A stretch of DNA of 64,000 nt from contig NC_045707.1 of NCBI RefSeq assembly GCF_009834535.1, forward strand, positions 50,222,001-50,286,000. The letters run 5' to 3'. Position numbers and translations under genes: made by a program. The notes beneath the pieces are model-generated. The model saw nothing but the letters and a program-made list of their open reading frames with translations. It made no database searches and was not told the DNA's origin. The DNA comes from Camelus ferus. Lineage: Eukaryota. This document shows positions 52,191 to 64,000 of this stretch, piece by piece. Every line of letters begins with the position of its first letter. Position 1 is the stretch's first letter.

Positions 52191-52576
52191 TGCTAGTGGT
52201 CTCACCTCCACATTCATTCTTCCTCTCTTCCTGAGCTTTTATGGACACAGGACTTCCCAGCGTGAGGCTGCATGTCATAGTCTCCCTTGTAACAAGTGTG
52301 GCCATGTGACTAAGTTTTGGCCAATGAGTTGTGATCTGAAGTATGTGTGACTTATGCGCTGTGCCCCGCAGCGGTGTGTGGTGTGCTCCCTGACATGACC
52401 TTCTCAGTGCAAGGGAGCTGCCTAGAACTCAGAGGTGGAAGCCACACCTTGGAGAGGGCAAAGCCACCCTATCAGCCCTGTACTATTATGTGAGAAAGAA
52501 ATGATTTCTCTCTATTTAAGTCACTGTATTTTGGGTATTTTTGTTATGTCCTCTAAGCCTCATCCTGATTAATATA
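52191..52576 (+). mobile_element. MaLR LTR (MLT1H/I-like)
   Basis: 'tgtggccatgtgactaagttttggccaatgag...tgtgagaaagaaat...tttaagtcactgtattttggg...cctgattaatata'. Confidence 0.75.
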
Positions 52577-53619
52577 CGTTGCTGGAGTGTCTAAAATCAT
52601 TGCAAACCATTTACGCCTGGATGCAGAGGAGGCTGTGCAGACATCTGTAGCAACTACAAGGAAGAATAAGCTTCCCTTCCGGAGTATGTCTCGATGGCAG
52701 AATCATTCACAGCCCAACTGCTGAATGGGAAACGACAAGTCCACACCTGCCTGGAATTTCACTCACTTCTGTCCGGTTCTGCCTTTGAGGAATTTATTAC
52801 CTAAAACTAAGCCAGGCCCTGATGTTTTCTCAGGCTGTAAGGGTCTCAGCTGACGATGCTATAATGACTTCAGCTTCTGAAACTGGAGGATGTTCAGAAG
52901 CACAATTTGGGGGAGAAGAAAATCAACATCTAAAGCAGTCATGGTGTGCCACTGAGCTTAGCCAACTCATAAACATTTCCCTGAGTCCCCACTAAAGCCC
53001 TGTAACATTGATATATCTATGCACTGTTTGCAGATGATGAAACATACTGTCAAAGAATTTAAGATGCTTTTTGCAAAGTTACACAGTAAGAAGAAAAGCT
53101 AAGACTTGAACTCAGGACGTCGAGTCCCAAGGTTACGCTTTTTCTCATCGTAAGGGGTGGTCTATGGAAAGAAAGAAATCCCCTTATCAGAGACACTAAA
53201 AAATAAATTTGCTTGATACCCTAGGTACTCAGCAAAAATGCCATCTCTTTAATTTCCACTCCTGCCCTGGCTTACATGCTCTTCCACTGGTGTACCATCC
53301 TCTGCTTTATTTTCATGTAGTGGCTCACCCGGATGTGCAGAAACGGGGGGCTAACTGGGAACCTCACAGTATCATTCCTTGAATAACGCTGACTCTAGAC
53401 AGAACTCTACCAAAATGATGACTGGTTTTTAAAGCCCTTCACAGCCTCTAGCAGAGCGATTCAATTCTTTCCCAACCTTCTCTGGATAGAAATTCTCCCT
53501 TTTATATGCCTCAAATCCTTTATGCTGTAATTTGGATACCATGAACATTTTACTGAGTAAGGAAGATGAGCAGAAATACTTATTATTCTTCATTTGAGTC
53601 CTCTCTGTGTTAGAAATTT

Positions 53620-53957
53620 ATTGTTTCTTTGTTTTTTTTTAATTTATTTTTTAAATTGAAGTATAGTTGGCTTACAATACTGTGTTAATTTATGGTGTAC
53701 AGCATAGTGATTCAGTTATACATATAAATATATATTCCTATTCATATTCTTTTTCATTATAGGCTGTTACAAGATGTTGAATATAGTTCCCCAAGACCCA
53801 AGTAGGACCTTGCTGTTTATCTGTTTTATATATAGTAGTTAGTATTTGCAAATCCTGAACTCCCAATTTATCCCTCCACCCGCCTCCTTTCCCCCTGGTA
53901 ACCACAAGTTTGTTATCTATGTCTGTGAGTCTGTTTCTATTTTGTAAACAAGTTCAT
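53620..53957 (-). mobile_element. Short L1 3'UTR insertion with target-site duplication
   Basis: 'ttttaaattgaagtatagttggcttacaat...gtaaacaagttcat'. TSD ttagaaattt at 53610-53619 and 53958-53967. Confidence 0.9.
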
Positions 53958-54419
53958 TTAGAAATTTGTCACATTACTCTTTTATTTCCTCCTTTGGAAT
54001 AATAATCCAAGTTCCCTTAACTGTCCTCCTCTGCTTCATCTTAGATCTTTGTGGGTTTCTTTGGATATAACCCTTCAAGTTTCACATTTTTTATCTGTGG
54101 AACCCCAGACTGGGACAGTAGCCATTGATACTGTTACTTTCTCTGTACACAGCCCTGCACTAAGTGTCATCGTAGTGCGAATTCTTATTTAACCTCCACC
54201 ACCATTACATGTGCAAAGTACTATTGTTAGCTCTTCTACAATGGAGGAAACAGGCGCTTAGAGAGATTAAGGTGCTGTCTGTGCTTAAATACGAGAGGAG
54301 ATCATTTAAAAACCTACCGCTCATGAAGGAGGGGATCAGTCTTCACAGTCTCTCGAGTTATATGGCTCTTCTTCAACCTTAAAGCCTGAGATGACTTCAG
54401 AAAATTCTGGTCTCTGTAG

Positions 54420-54900
54420 CTCATAGAAGTCACCTGCAGAATCCCTAATAAAGGAGACAAAGAAATTCAACAGAGATTTATTCATTGTTTTTGTGATGGG
54501 TGGGTATAGAGTGGTGATCTCACAATTGCAATGGTTGGATGTCATCACAAATAGCCTTTAAAGAGAGGCCTTCCAAAGCAAGATGCCAGTTATTATATTA
54601 CATTAAGTGAACACAACAACACAAATATTCACCTGCAGGAGGAATGAACAAAGCAAAGTATCGATGTTATGTGAATGGGTAATTGTGGTTTGGGATACAA
54701 TTTCTGATGATAACATCAAACAACCTATCCGGAAGCGAAGATGATCTGTCATGAAGACCATGTCAGGTGACACCAATGCCAACACTGTGTATGAAGAATT
54801 TGAAGAAAACTGTTTCTTGAAATGTGAGAGTGAAAAAGAAGTTCTAAATTGAGGTTTCTATGGTTTTATATTTACATGACTAAATTAATAAATTTAGTAT
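54420..54900 (+). mobile_element. pogo/Tc2 (Kanga/POGK-like) DDE transposase fossil
   Basis: Frameshifted translation gives, in order: HRSHL-ESLIKETKKFNRDLFIV / VISQLQWLDVITN / YSPAGGMNKA / MLCEWVIVVWDTISDDNIK / GSEDDL. Confidence 0.75.
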
Positions 54901-57789
54901 TAAAAAGTAGATGTTTGATTAGTTCCTCTATATTCCGAAAAGTTTATACAATTCCAGTTGGTAGGAAAAGTTGGAGGAATTCCTAACATTCAGGAATGTA
55001 CAATAACTTATCCAAGTTCATGTAATGCAATAGCTGGGATTTGTGCCTAGATCTGCCTGATTCATGGGCTCACCGTGAGTACATGGCACAATGAATCCCT
55101 AGAATCCTGACCTGAGGACTGCTGTCTGTATTTGTGCTGCTGGATTTTCTTAAGTGTGTTTTAGCAAAGCTGGTGGATGGAATATATTAAATTGTAAGAA
55201 ATTAAATACCCCATAGGTGTGTTAAGTTTACTATGTACAGTAGAATGAGGAGGGTTCCAATATGTCCTCAGTAATGAATGCTAAGATATTAGTCCTTCTT
55301 GTCCTTCTGTTTAGTAGCTCATTTTTATGTTTAAAAGGTAAAGTGTTTTTTTTCTCCAGAATATTTTTTTTGTTCATAGCCTCAGTCCACAGAAGGGAGG
55401 GTGGACCTGCACCAGGAAATTCCACTTCCAGGAGTATTTCTGACCCATCATGATGTAAACATTACATAGAGTCTTAGATCATATAACCTCTCTGCCCTGT
55501 CTCTCCATTTGGGGAGGGACATTGATGCTTTATACTCACCTATCTCTGTGCAACCCCCAACCCCCCTAAAAAAAACTGGGAAGATATTTGAAACCAATCT
55601 TACGCAATATCCCTCTTGCCTTAGGATGAGTAATTACACACGATGGAAAACACATGAAAGTATCTAGTAAGGCTATTCGCTTCTTCCTCTCCCATCCACA
55701 TACCACTGCCATCCACTCCCATATCTTTTGTTAAAAGCGAAAAGCAACTGATATAAATTATGATACAACTTGGTCTAATGTACCAAATATTTTATTCCAT
55801 TTATTGCCACAGGCTACTGAGGCTTGCCTTTATTCCCTTCTATAGGAAACTGACTTCCTCTTCCCCTTGGTTGAACTCTACATGACGGAAGCCAATTTAT
55901 TAGGTCAGTGGCAGTTACTTGGATGTTCAGACATATGGGACACAAAGTGTTTCATTCTGTTTTAAATCAGTTCCTCCTGATGGGCTCCATTCTTTCTACC
56001 ATTTATGCCACAGGTGAAGTAATGAAGATGCTTATTGTGGCTTCCTGTTAATATTCTAAGGCCCAAGGCTGTGAACAGCAGGGTGTCTGCTCTCCAGCTG
56101 TTTTTCCAACAGGAAGAAGGGATAAAATAAACAAAGCATACACAGTAGTCCATTGAAACCACAGGTAATCCACAGCTGCACTAATAACAATCCAGGGTTA
56201 CCAGACTGGTCCACCATCATAGATCCCCATCAGCAAAAGCAGCCTCAAAATACTTTGAGGATAGTTGGTAGTTTCTTTCAAGTCCTTCATATCCAGAGGC
56301 AGATAACTTGTAAAGCCAGATGTGGACCAATGAGGACTAACTCTCCTGCTGGTCTAATGATTTTTAAGTGGAATTCTATGGGATGGAATGAGGGCAACCA
56401 TGGTTATAAACATGCACAAATTGCTACCATATACCAGTTTGGTCTTGAATTTGAATTTAAAATTTATCTAAATTGACAAACACTTTAAAGTAGGAATCTA
56501 TGTAACATTCTTGCTAATGCCTTAGTGCTTAATATTAGCAAACAGTATTTCCCCAGACCCTTAACCATAATCCAGCTGATTGAATTATGCAGAATTCTTA
56601 TTATAGACTTATCTTTTTTAGTGATATAGAAAATGTGGATAATATGCAAGCTTCATGTGAAATGTTTCTTGAAAAAGGGCCTAGAGGCTGATTCCTAAGC
56701 TAACTCTGTGTAGACATGTAAGTTTGGAGTCTGAAACTAGTTTCTTTCTTTGATATGATCTTGATAATTTGAAACCTAAGGCAATAGATACCACATAATG
56801 CCAAAATGCATTGCTAATTCATGGCCAAGCACCTGACTATTATTTTCAGTGTTCATGACGATGCATCGACAAGGGAAGATCAGCTTACCTCTTCATCATT
56901 TATAACAGATAAATCCTAAACTTTTGAAATCCTGCCAATGAATTAAAGATTCTACTTTTTGACAAGGTGTACATTTATTCATCTAAATGAAAGCAACACT
57001 CAGTACAGGGCCAAGTATAATTCAGAATGAAATTGAAATTGGATTAAGCAAGCCATGCAAAGTCACAGGCTTGAATGGCCATAGACACTGTTATGGTACC
57101 GAAATGGATTTACCAAGCCAGTCATGCTTACCTGCCTGATGGTGACTATAGAAACACTCATGCACTATTTCATCAGAGTTGCTTATTATGCTCAGAACTT
57201 ATTTCCAACCTTATGGTATTATTTTTCTTGTTATTTTATTTTCTGATAGCCCCCATTAACTAGGGAAAAATCAGTCTCTGAGTAACATTGTCTGAGAAGT
57301 TTAAAGGATACTACAGTTTGACTTACAGATAAATGGATGCTTCAAAACTTGCATTTGTACATCATGGACTTAAATTCAGTAAATATTTTGAGAAATTATT
57401 TTTTGCCAGTCATAATCAAGACTTCCTATAGCGATCTGAATTTATTAAGAAATCCAACAACATGCTCCTTAGGTTAAGAAATTGATGACTGGATTAAAGC
57501 TAACCATATCATCCCTGCTAACAATATGATACAGTAGAAAAAAAACACTGAGCTTGAAGTTGGCAGGCACAGGAACGAATACTCTCTTGACCTTTTCATG
57601 CATTGTCAACAAATATTGATCAGGAGTCTGATATGTAAGAGGTTATTGATCACTGACTCTACCCAACAGCATATGAGATAAGGATTACAATTCAATTCCT
57701 ACTTTCAGGGAGCACACAGACTTGCTAAGAATATAGACCGGAAAACTAAGTATCGCTCCACATCGGGATGAGTGTGGAAGAGAACGGCC

Positions 57790-58215
57790 TAGCATGAATT
57801 TCCTCTTCCATTGTATTCTGATTTCTTTTGAGGGGATTTACCTTTCCATCCACTGTGAGGATGATTTCTAGTGACCATCTCCCATGAGGGAAAATGGAAG
57901 AGGATGATCCTCCTCTCCCACACTAGGGTGGTCGCAGGCTGGTGGGGCTGCTGGTCTTGGGATCCAGGGTTGGCCAATTAGACACTGTTCTAGAACTTTG
58001 ACACCAAGAGGGAGGGACTATTTTCCATGACTCTTTTGGCTAAGAGGCAAATATGCCCTCTGCTTCTTGCCTCTAACTCCCTTGGATTTGGGGTATTTCC
58101 AAGCCTGTTCCTCCAGCTACTGTTGAGCTTCTGATAGACTTTCAGGAAGTTCTCTTTTATTAAAGCTACTTTGAGTCTGTTTCTAATGCTTACATTTAGA
58201 AATCATGAATCAGTA
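57790..58215 (+). mobile_element. ERVL LTR (LTR33-like) within L2 sequence
   Basis: 'ggttggccaattagacactg...tttccaagcctgttcctccagc...aagctactttgagtctgtttctaatgcttaca'. Confidence 0.55.
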
Positions 58216-58849
58216 TCATAATCTAGAATGGGGGTGAAAGGAATAGTAGCTTTGACAAAATGGCAGCTTGGAGAAGCTAATGCCTGAGCTGTGCCTTCAG
58301 GACAAGAAGGGGTTTCCTAAGTAAGGGAGTTGGAATGGCATTGTAGGTAGAGGAAAGAGCATATGTAGGGCCTGGAGGTTAGAGTGGCTGGGAGCAGATG
58401 TTTCTCAGAAGAAATGCAAATAGCTTTGGTGGTGGCTGAGTAGTGCGTGTGTGACAGCTGAGGCCTGGACGTCCTGGAAGAGATGTATGATAATCAGCTC
58501 TTTCCTCTACCAGCAGAAACTATGCTTTAGTCATGGTGATGGTACCTGATACGGAGACTGACCTTGAGAAGGGGCTTCGTAAATGTTCAGTGAAAAAGAA
58601 TGACAGCTGAGTTCAGTTCCTCTGAGGTACTTTCTCCAAAATTTTAGTGTGGGAAGGACTCTGTCAGACTCTGTGTACCTGAAGTGGCCAAAAATCTATG
58701 TGCCATCTGGAGGCTGTCCCTTAAAGCTGTGTAATTCCATCCTTGCATGAGGTAACATTGCACGTAGGACATTCCAGACAGTTGGGTTATTTCCTACATT
58801 TCCATGCCTCTGAAGAAAAAAAGACTAAGTGGTATCATGCCTCTTGGCT

Positions 58850-59135
58850 CCTTCAGTGTTTAGCGACGTCTCTGGCCAGGAAAGTTTCTCTCTCTCACCT
58901 ACATTTTCTATGCGGCAGCTCACCTCACTTCCTGTTGCTCTCCTGCTGGAGGATGTGGGCATTATGCCCTTGTCAGCCTCCAAGGTAATAACGGCCCTTC
59001 ACATGCTGGGCTTCGATGACTAAATCGCCTTTAGCTTTTCCTTCCAGCTCTCTTCGTCTGTTTCCCAGCCTTTAATCATCTCTGTGGGTCTCTTCTCAAC
59101 CCTATCCAAGTGCACAAAGTACCTCTTAAGGCACT
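58850..59135 (-). mobile_element. L3/CR1 fragment
   Basis: 'ttcccagcctttaatcatctctgtgggtctcttctcaaccctatccaag...acctcttaag'. Confidence 0.55.
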
Positions 59136-59389
59136 TTTCAGCCTCAAAACAAACACCAAAGTTTCCAGCCTTGTTCAAACTGGCAAAATAAGATGAGACT
59201 TTCTAAGAAAAACTATTTGGGGGAAAAAAGGAAAATACATTTCAGGTGTTTCTGGAATATGAAATGACACACCAGTTAACCAATTAACTTGGAAGAAATC
59301 TTTCAATACTGGTGTTCTCAAGCTCATGTCATTTTAGGAGAGATTCTTGTCAAAAGATTCCCCAAAGGAATCAGAAAAGGTCAATGTCA

Positions 59390-60000
59390 GAAATGTTTCT
59401 AGAACATGTCCTATGTTCCAGGCATTTGGCATGGCACTTCGGAGCCAAAGATAAATGAGATGTGGTTCCTACTATGAAAAAGCTCACAGGCTAGTAGTCA
59501 AAGCAGAAACTAACTGAAGCTCATTCAGTGCACCAGATACAATAGCACAAAGAATAGGATGAGGAAGAGCCAGGGAGGAAAGGAGGAAGATAGCATCTCT
59601 AGCTGGTGAGGTCAGCTTTGAGCAGATTCTTGAAAAAGGACTCAGAGCTTTCCAGGTTTGGAAGGTAGGTGAGAAAGGATGTTTCTTTTCCTGGCTGAGA
59701 GGACTGCGTAATAAGAAGTATGGAGACGTGAAACAGCATGATGTGTTCAGTAGCTGGCAAAGGACAGGGCAAGCCTGTGGCAAGAGAAGAGGCTGGGGCT
59801 TCATGTGCTACTCAGAGGGTTGGGATTGTTCACGGCAATGGGAGCCATTAAATGCTTGTGAGTAATGTAATCATTTAGGAGGAAGCTGCTGATTATTCTG
59901 AGAATCACTCTGCTAAGAAGAGCACATTGGAGGAGGGAGATGGGGCTGGAGTGGGGTTGCAATAGCTGTAGGTTGAGGCTGGGAGAAGAGATGACTGAAT
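59390..60000 (-). mobile_element. L2 fragment
   Basis: 'ctatgttccaggcatttggcatggcact...ggcaatgggagccatt...agaatcactctgct'. Confidence 0.7.
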
Positions 60001-61814
60001 GAAACTAAGCAATTTTGAGGAATTTCCATGAAAGTTGGGAATGAGCAAGTAAGGTGGATGCTTAGAGAACATGGTGGGTAAGATAACTCTCGAACGATTT
60101 CTCTATTTCAGTTTTAGCTTCCAGAGTCCAACTCCACCAGACTTCAGGTCATACAATTGAACAGCTACGAGGTTGCCTTCCATAGCCAGTGGGGAGAATA
60201 TTCCAGAATTTGTGTCAGTTTAGGGCTCACAGAATGAGATAAGGAGCTCAGCAGAAAATGAGACAATTCAGCAAATGGACAACATCATCCAGGGTGGCCC
60301 CCAAGAAGGGAAATAGAGCATTTAGTAATCTGTGGGATTTATGTACTTAGGATCTGTATAAGATCTAGGAGACAAGACAAACCCGAGAAAGTATGCATTT
60401 CAGATGCAATCAGACCAGGACTTTACTTACCTAGTGGCTGAGAACAATGGGTGACAGTTGAGTGAGTGTGCAGTTCTGTGATTGCCCAAGTGTGTTGGCA
60501 TTTTGTCACATTGTGGCTGCTGTGAAAAAAGCTCTTTCTTCGGCACTTCCCTTCTCTGGAGGCTCGTAGTCATGGGACTGAGGGTGAGAAGGAGTCTGAG
60601 TGAGTTCTGAGGACAGGTCAGGGTGACTGAGGGAGTCTGGAGTGTGTGTGCTGGGTGAGGGGAGAGGGTGATGAGAGGACACAGAGCAGACCCGGAGAAA
60701 GGGGCAATCCTTGTAGGTGACAGGGACTCAGAGGCATAGGGACTCAATGGCACATTTGGCTGAGTCTTGAGGTTTAGGGGATGACGGAGAATGAGGTCAA
60801 GCTAGTGAACTTTCTGTCAGGGGCAAGTTCCAAAAATTCATCTGCAAGTCTTTGTCAGTTTGGTTTTAGAATGCTTTGTGTTGACATTTGATTATTTTTC
60901 TTAGAAATCTAAGGCACAGAAGGAGCCCTAGTCCAGTGAATAAGTAAAAATGAATTCTTAGGATTGCATTCGGAAAGCTGGCTTCTTCTCTGTAGTTACT
61001 TTCTTTGATTCTCTAATCTTAAGAACAGCAATCCCACCAATAGCCATGCTAGGAGTCCGGTGCTTTACATATATCATCGTTCATTTTACAATAATGCTGT
61101 AAGGTGGGTTTGATTTTAGAGATAAGGACTCTGCAGCCCAGGAGGCTGATGAAATGCCTGCAGCTGCTCTGCCAGTCAGTGGGGGAGCCAGCATGCAGAA
61201 CCAGGTCTGTCTGATTCTAAAGGTTCATCTCCCACAACCTCCTCCGTCCTCCCACCTCCCCCAGCTGGCTCTGAAAGTTTTGTCAGAGTTGGCAAAATAG
61301 GGTCTGCGGCTGGCTTGTTGGAGATCCTGGCCAGCAACTCACCAATGTTTTTCTGGCTCTGCTGGGCTGGCAAGTGATCTCTGTCAGGATTCAGACTAGA
61401 GCAGGGGAAGGTGACGTTCAGGGCCTGAATCATACTGCTGGCTGGCCTTGACTTCAGAGGCCAGTGTTCCTGTGATTGTTCTCTCTCGGGCTTTAATTTA
61501 TGCCCCTGCCAAACTGTAGCCCTGGTGTCTAAGCCAGAGAGAAAGGTGCACACCAGGCAGCTGGAGGGTTATTAGGCAGCAGTACAGAAGCCTGTTTAAT
61601 GAAGGGCACTGGAGGGCGTGAGCACGTATGGCCGGGCCCTCTTTCTTTGAGTGCTCTCCCTGGGTGGACGTGGTGTCAGTCATACATGATATGATATCCC
61701 TCGGAGGAGGTGATGAGACTTTGCAGAGCTTAGGTGCTACCAGTTGGCATACCTTTAAAAAATTGTATTATATGGAATTTTTTTCTTGGTTCAAAGGATA
61801 ATCTTGGATTATAA

Positions 61815-63110
61815 AGTCAGTCAATGGATAGTTTTGGGGCACTGACTATATTTGAAGCACTATTCTTGGTACTTGGGATACATCATTGATTAAAATGGAC
61901 AAAAATGATTTTCCTCATCAAATGTATAGTCTAACAGATGAACGTTACTCTTCTACGGACATATACTTACAATCAATTTCACTCATTTCCTGAGTGTCAA
62001 ATAAGTGAAAAGCAGGAGACTTCAAAAATGAATAAGAAGCTAGTTCACAGGCTTATGCTCAGAATAAGACAAGGATGCTTACAAGTATATTATGATGCAG
62101 AATATGATAAGTTCTACAATGTAGATATTAAGAGAGTGAAGTGGGCTTTCAAAAGCAGAACAGATATTTGAACATCAGAATTAGGCCTAATGGAGGGGGT
62201 GGCAGTAGTGTTGCTTCTCAAAGGACAGGTAGAATTTTGACTGGTGAAGATGGGAAAGTCATATCCGGTGGAAAGAGAAGCATGGTAAAAATGTGGGTGT
62301 GTTTGGGGAGGATTGAGAGGCCAAGTTTGAGAGATGAAAGCTGGGTGATACTGTGGAAGGAAAATAAGTAGCTGGGCCTTGTTTTTGTAGAAAAAGGGAA
62401 GTCATTCGAGGTTTATGAGTACAGAGAAGCATGATCAGAGGACTTCTTTGGAGGGAAGAGTCATTGATCCTTTGAGCAATTATGTGCTAGGTACTTTAAC
62501 TTACATTATTTTATATACCCCTGAAATGAACCAGCATTATATGGAGCAAACTGAGGATTAGAAGGTTTGGGAAAATCGCCCCAGATCACACAACTAGAAA
62601 GAGATGAAACTGCGATTTGAATATAAATCTATCTGGTTGTGAAATTTTATTTCCCCAGTAGTAGTGTTTACAATCATCCATGTGAGAAGAAACAAGAGCT
62701 TGAATGAGGTTGGAGGCAATGAGAATAAAAGGAGATGAATGTTAAGGAAGATGGTTCGAAATCATATGTTGGAAATGGGTCCTGGGAAACCTCTCAATGA
62801 GATTTATGAGTGGAGGGGAGGAGAGATAAAAGAGGGGAAGAAGTCAGTGATGACTGAGGTTTTCACCTAGTAGAACAGTGGCGCCTTTAATAGAAGCTGA
62901 GGAGTTGGGTGGAAGAACTGGTTTTGTAGAGGAAGAGAATGAAATTGGTTTTGAAGATGCTTGCTTTGAGGTGTTGGAGGGACATCCAGATATCCAGCTA
63001 GAAGACTACCCTGCAGGTCTGAGCTCTTGGCCCAAGAACTGGGAGCAATCCATGTAAAGGTGACTGTTCAGTTGGATGATATCATTGGGGGAAGAGATGG
63101 AAGGGCCAAC
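61815..63110 (-). mobile_element. L2 fragments with a MIR inserted at ~62470-62660
   Basis: 'gcactgactatatttgaagcactattcttggtacttgggatac', 'gaagtcagtgatgactgaggttttc', 'tttgaggtgttggagggacatccag'; MIR 'aaactgagga...cccagatcacacaactag'. Confidence 0.7.
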
Positions 63111-64000
63111 CAAGGTTAGGCACTGGGTTTCAGAGTAAAAAGAGCCAACAAATGATTCAATTCTTATTTTTTTGAAAATATAGCCACAGTAAGAGAAAAC
63201 AAGTGTTTAATTAACAATAATATCCAAGAGCCTTGAGGATATGGGTTTTTAAATGTTCCACAGTGACTCCCATACTCTCTCGTGTGTTTGTTTGAATAAC
63301 TTTTGGGTTATTTGCATATGTGACCTAGAATGGCTCCTTGGCATCACAATAGTGTTGCTATGTGTTGATGCCTCAGTCCGTCGTATCTATGAGGCTTGGG
63401 GTGTTTCTGGATGTGCACTGATGACTCAGACAGAGGCACTCCTGTTTGGGAATCTTTGAGCAACATCTCCAAAAGCCCTGCCTTTTTTCCCCCTCATCTT
63501 TTCCATTTAGTTCCTGGAGGAGAACATAATGATGTCTGGGGTCCCGAGTAGGAAGGTACTTTGGGATAAGGCACGGTCAAAACTTTAACCCCACTGGACT
63601 CTGAGAGCTTGGATCTGTCCCTCTCTTAGTAAAGAGCTGGAAAACCAGTTCAATCCACTTTGGAGAGGTTATGGAGGAAGACAAATTCAAGCAAGTGATT
63701 CATAGATTACAAGTATCATGAAAAACAGGAAACAAGGAAGTAACACTATAATCAATCCTAACAAATGGTAAGTGAATCCTCCCCTCACCGGTGGCAAAAA
63801 TTGGCTGTGAAGAGTCATGGTGTCCCTTCTAAAGCATCAACATTATTGAATTTATGAAGTGCTGGTTCATGGTGTTTCATTTGCCTTCCCTGCTTTAATT
63901 TTTCCCTCTACATTCTTGTGTTCTTTCCTCAGTTCACTTGTTCATGGGCTTTGTTTGGGTCCCTGCCTGGCACAGAGTGAACATTCAATACATTCTGTTG

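Noticed and set aside
1..64000. Prokaryote-type systems (CRISPR arrays, operons) or intact viral genes
   Set aside because: The sequence is mammalian repeat-rich DNA; the longest ORF is 141 aa and I saw no repeat-spacer array.

Overview
AT-rich, CpG-depleted mammalian genomic DNA. It is probably camelid (camel, alpaca or llama), judged from a tRNA-Ala-derived SINE resembling Vic-1 at ~26.56 kb; I saw no Alu, Bov-A, PRE or SINEC elements. The window looks intronic or intergenic. Much of it is old interspersed repeat (L2, MIR, L3/CR1, old L1, MaLR/ERVL LTRs, hAT and Tc2 DNA-transposon remnants) plus a few younger L1 3' ends, two with target-site duplications. I could not identify any intact, named protein-coding gene, and the supplied ORFs are mostly chance, repeat or microsatellite frames. 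The most interesting non-repeat signals are: (i) a minus-strand chain of splice-site-bounded, exon-sized blocks at 5.4-8.45 kb with disrupted frames, possibly a decayed unitary pseudogene with weak, unverified RGSL1-like resemblance; (ii) a readable pogo/Tc2 (POGK-like) DDE transposase fossil at 54.4-54.9 kb; (iii) a possible MULE-like transposase fossil at 12.7-13.2 kb; (iv) promoter/enhancer-like islands at 19.5-20.0, 23.7-24.0, 41.5-41.8 and 50.5 kb; (v) several isolated candidate exons. Repeat names come from remembered consensus sequences and boundaries are approximate. No database searches were run, and I cannot claim a novel system.
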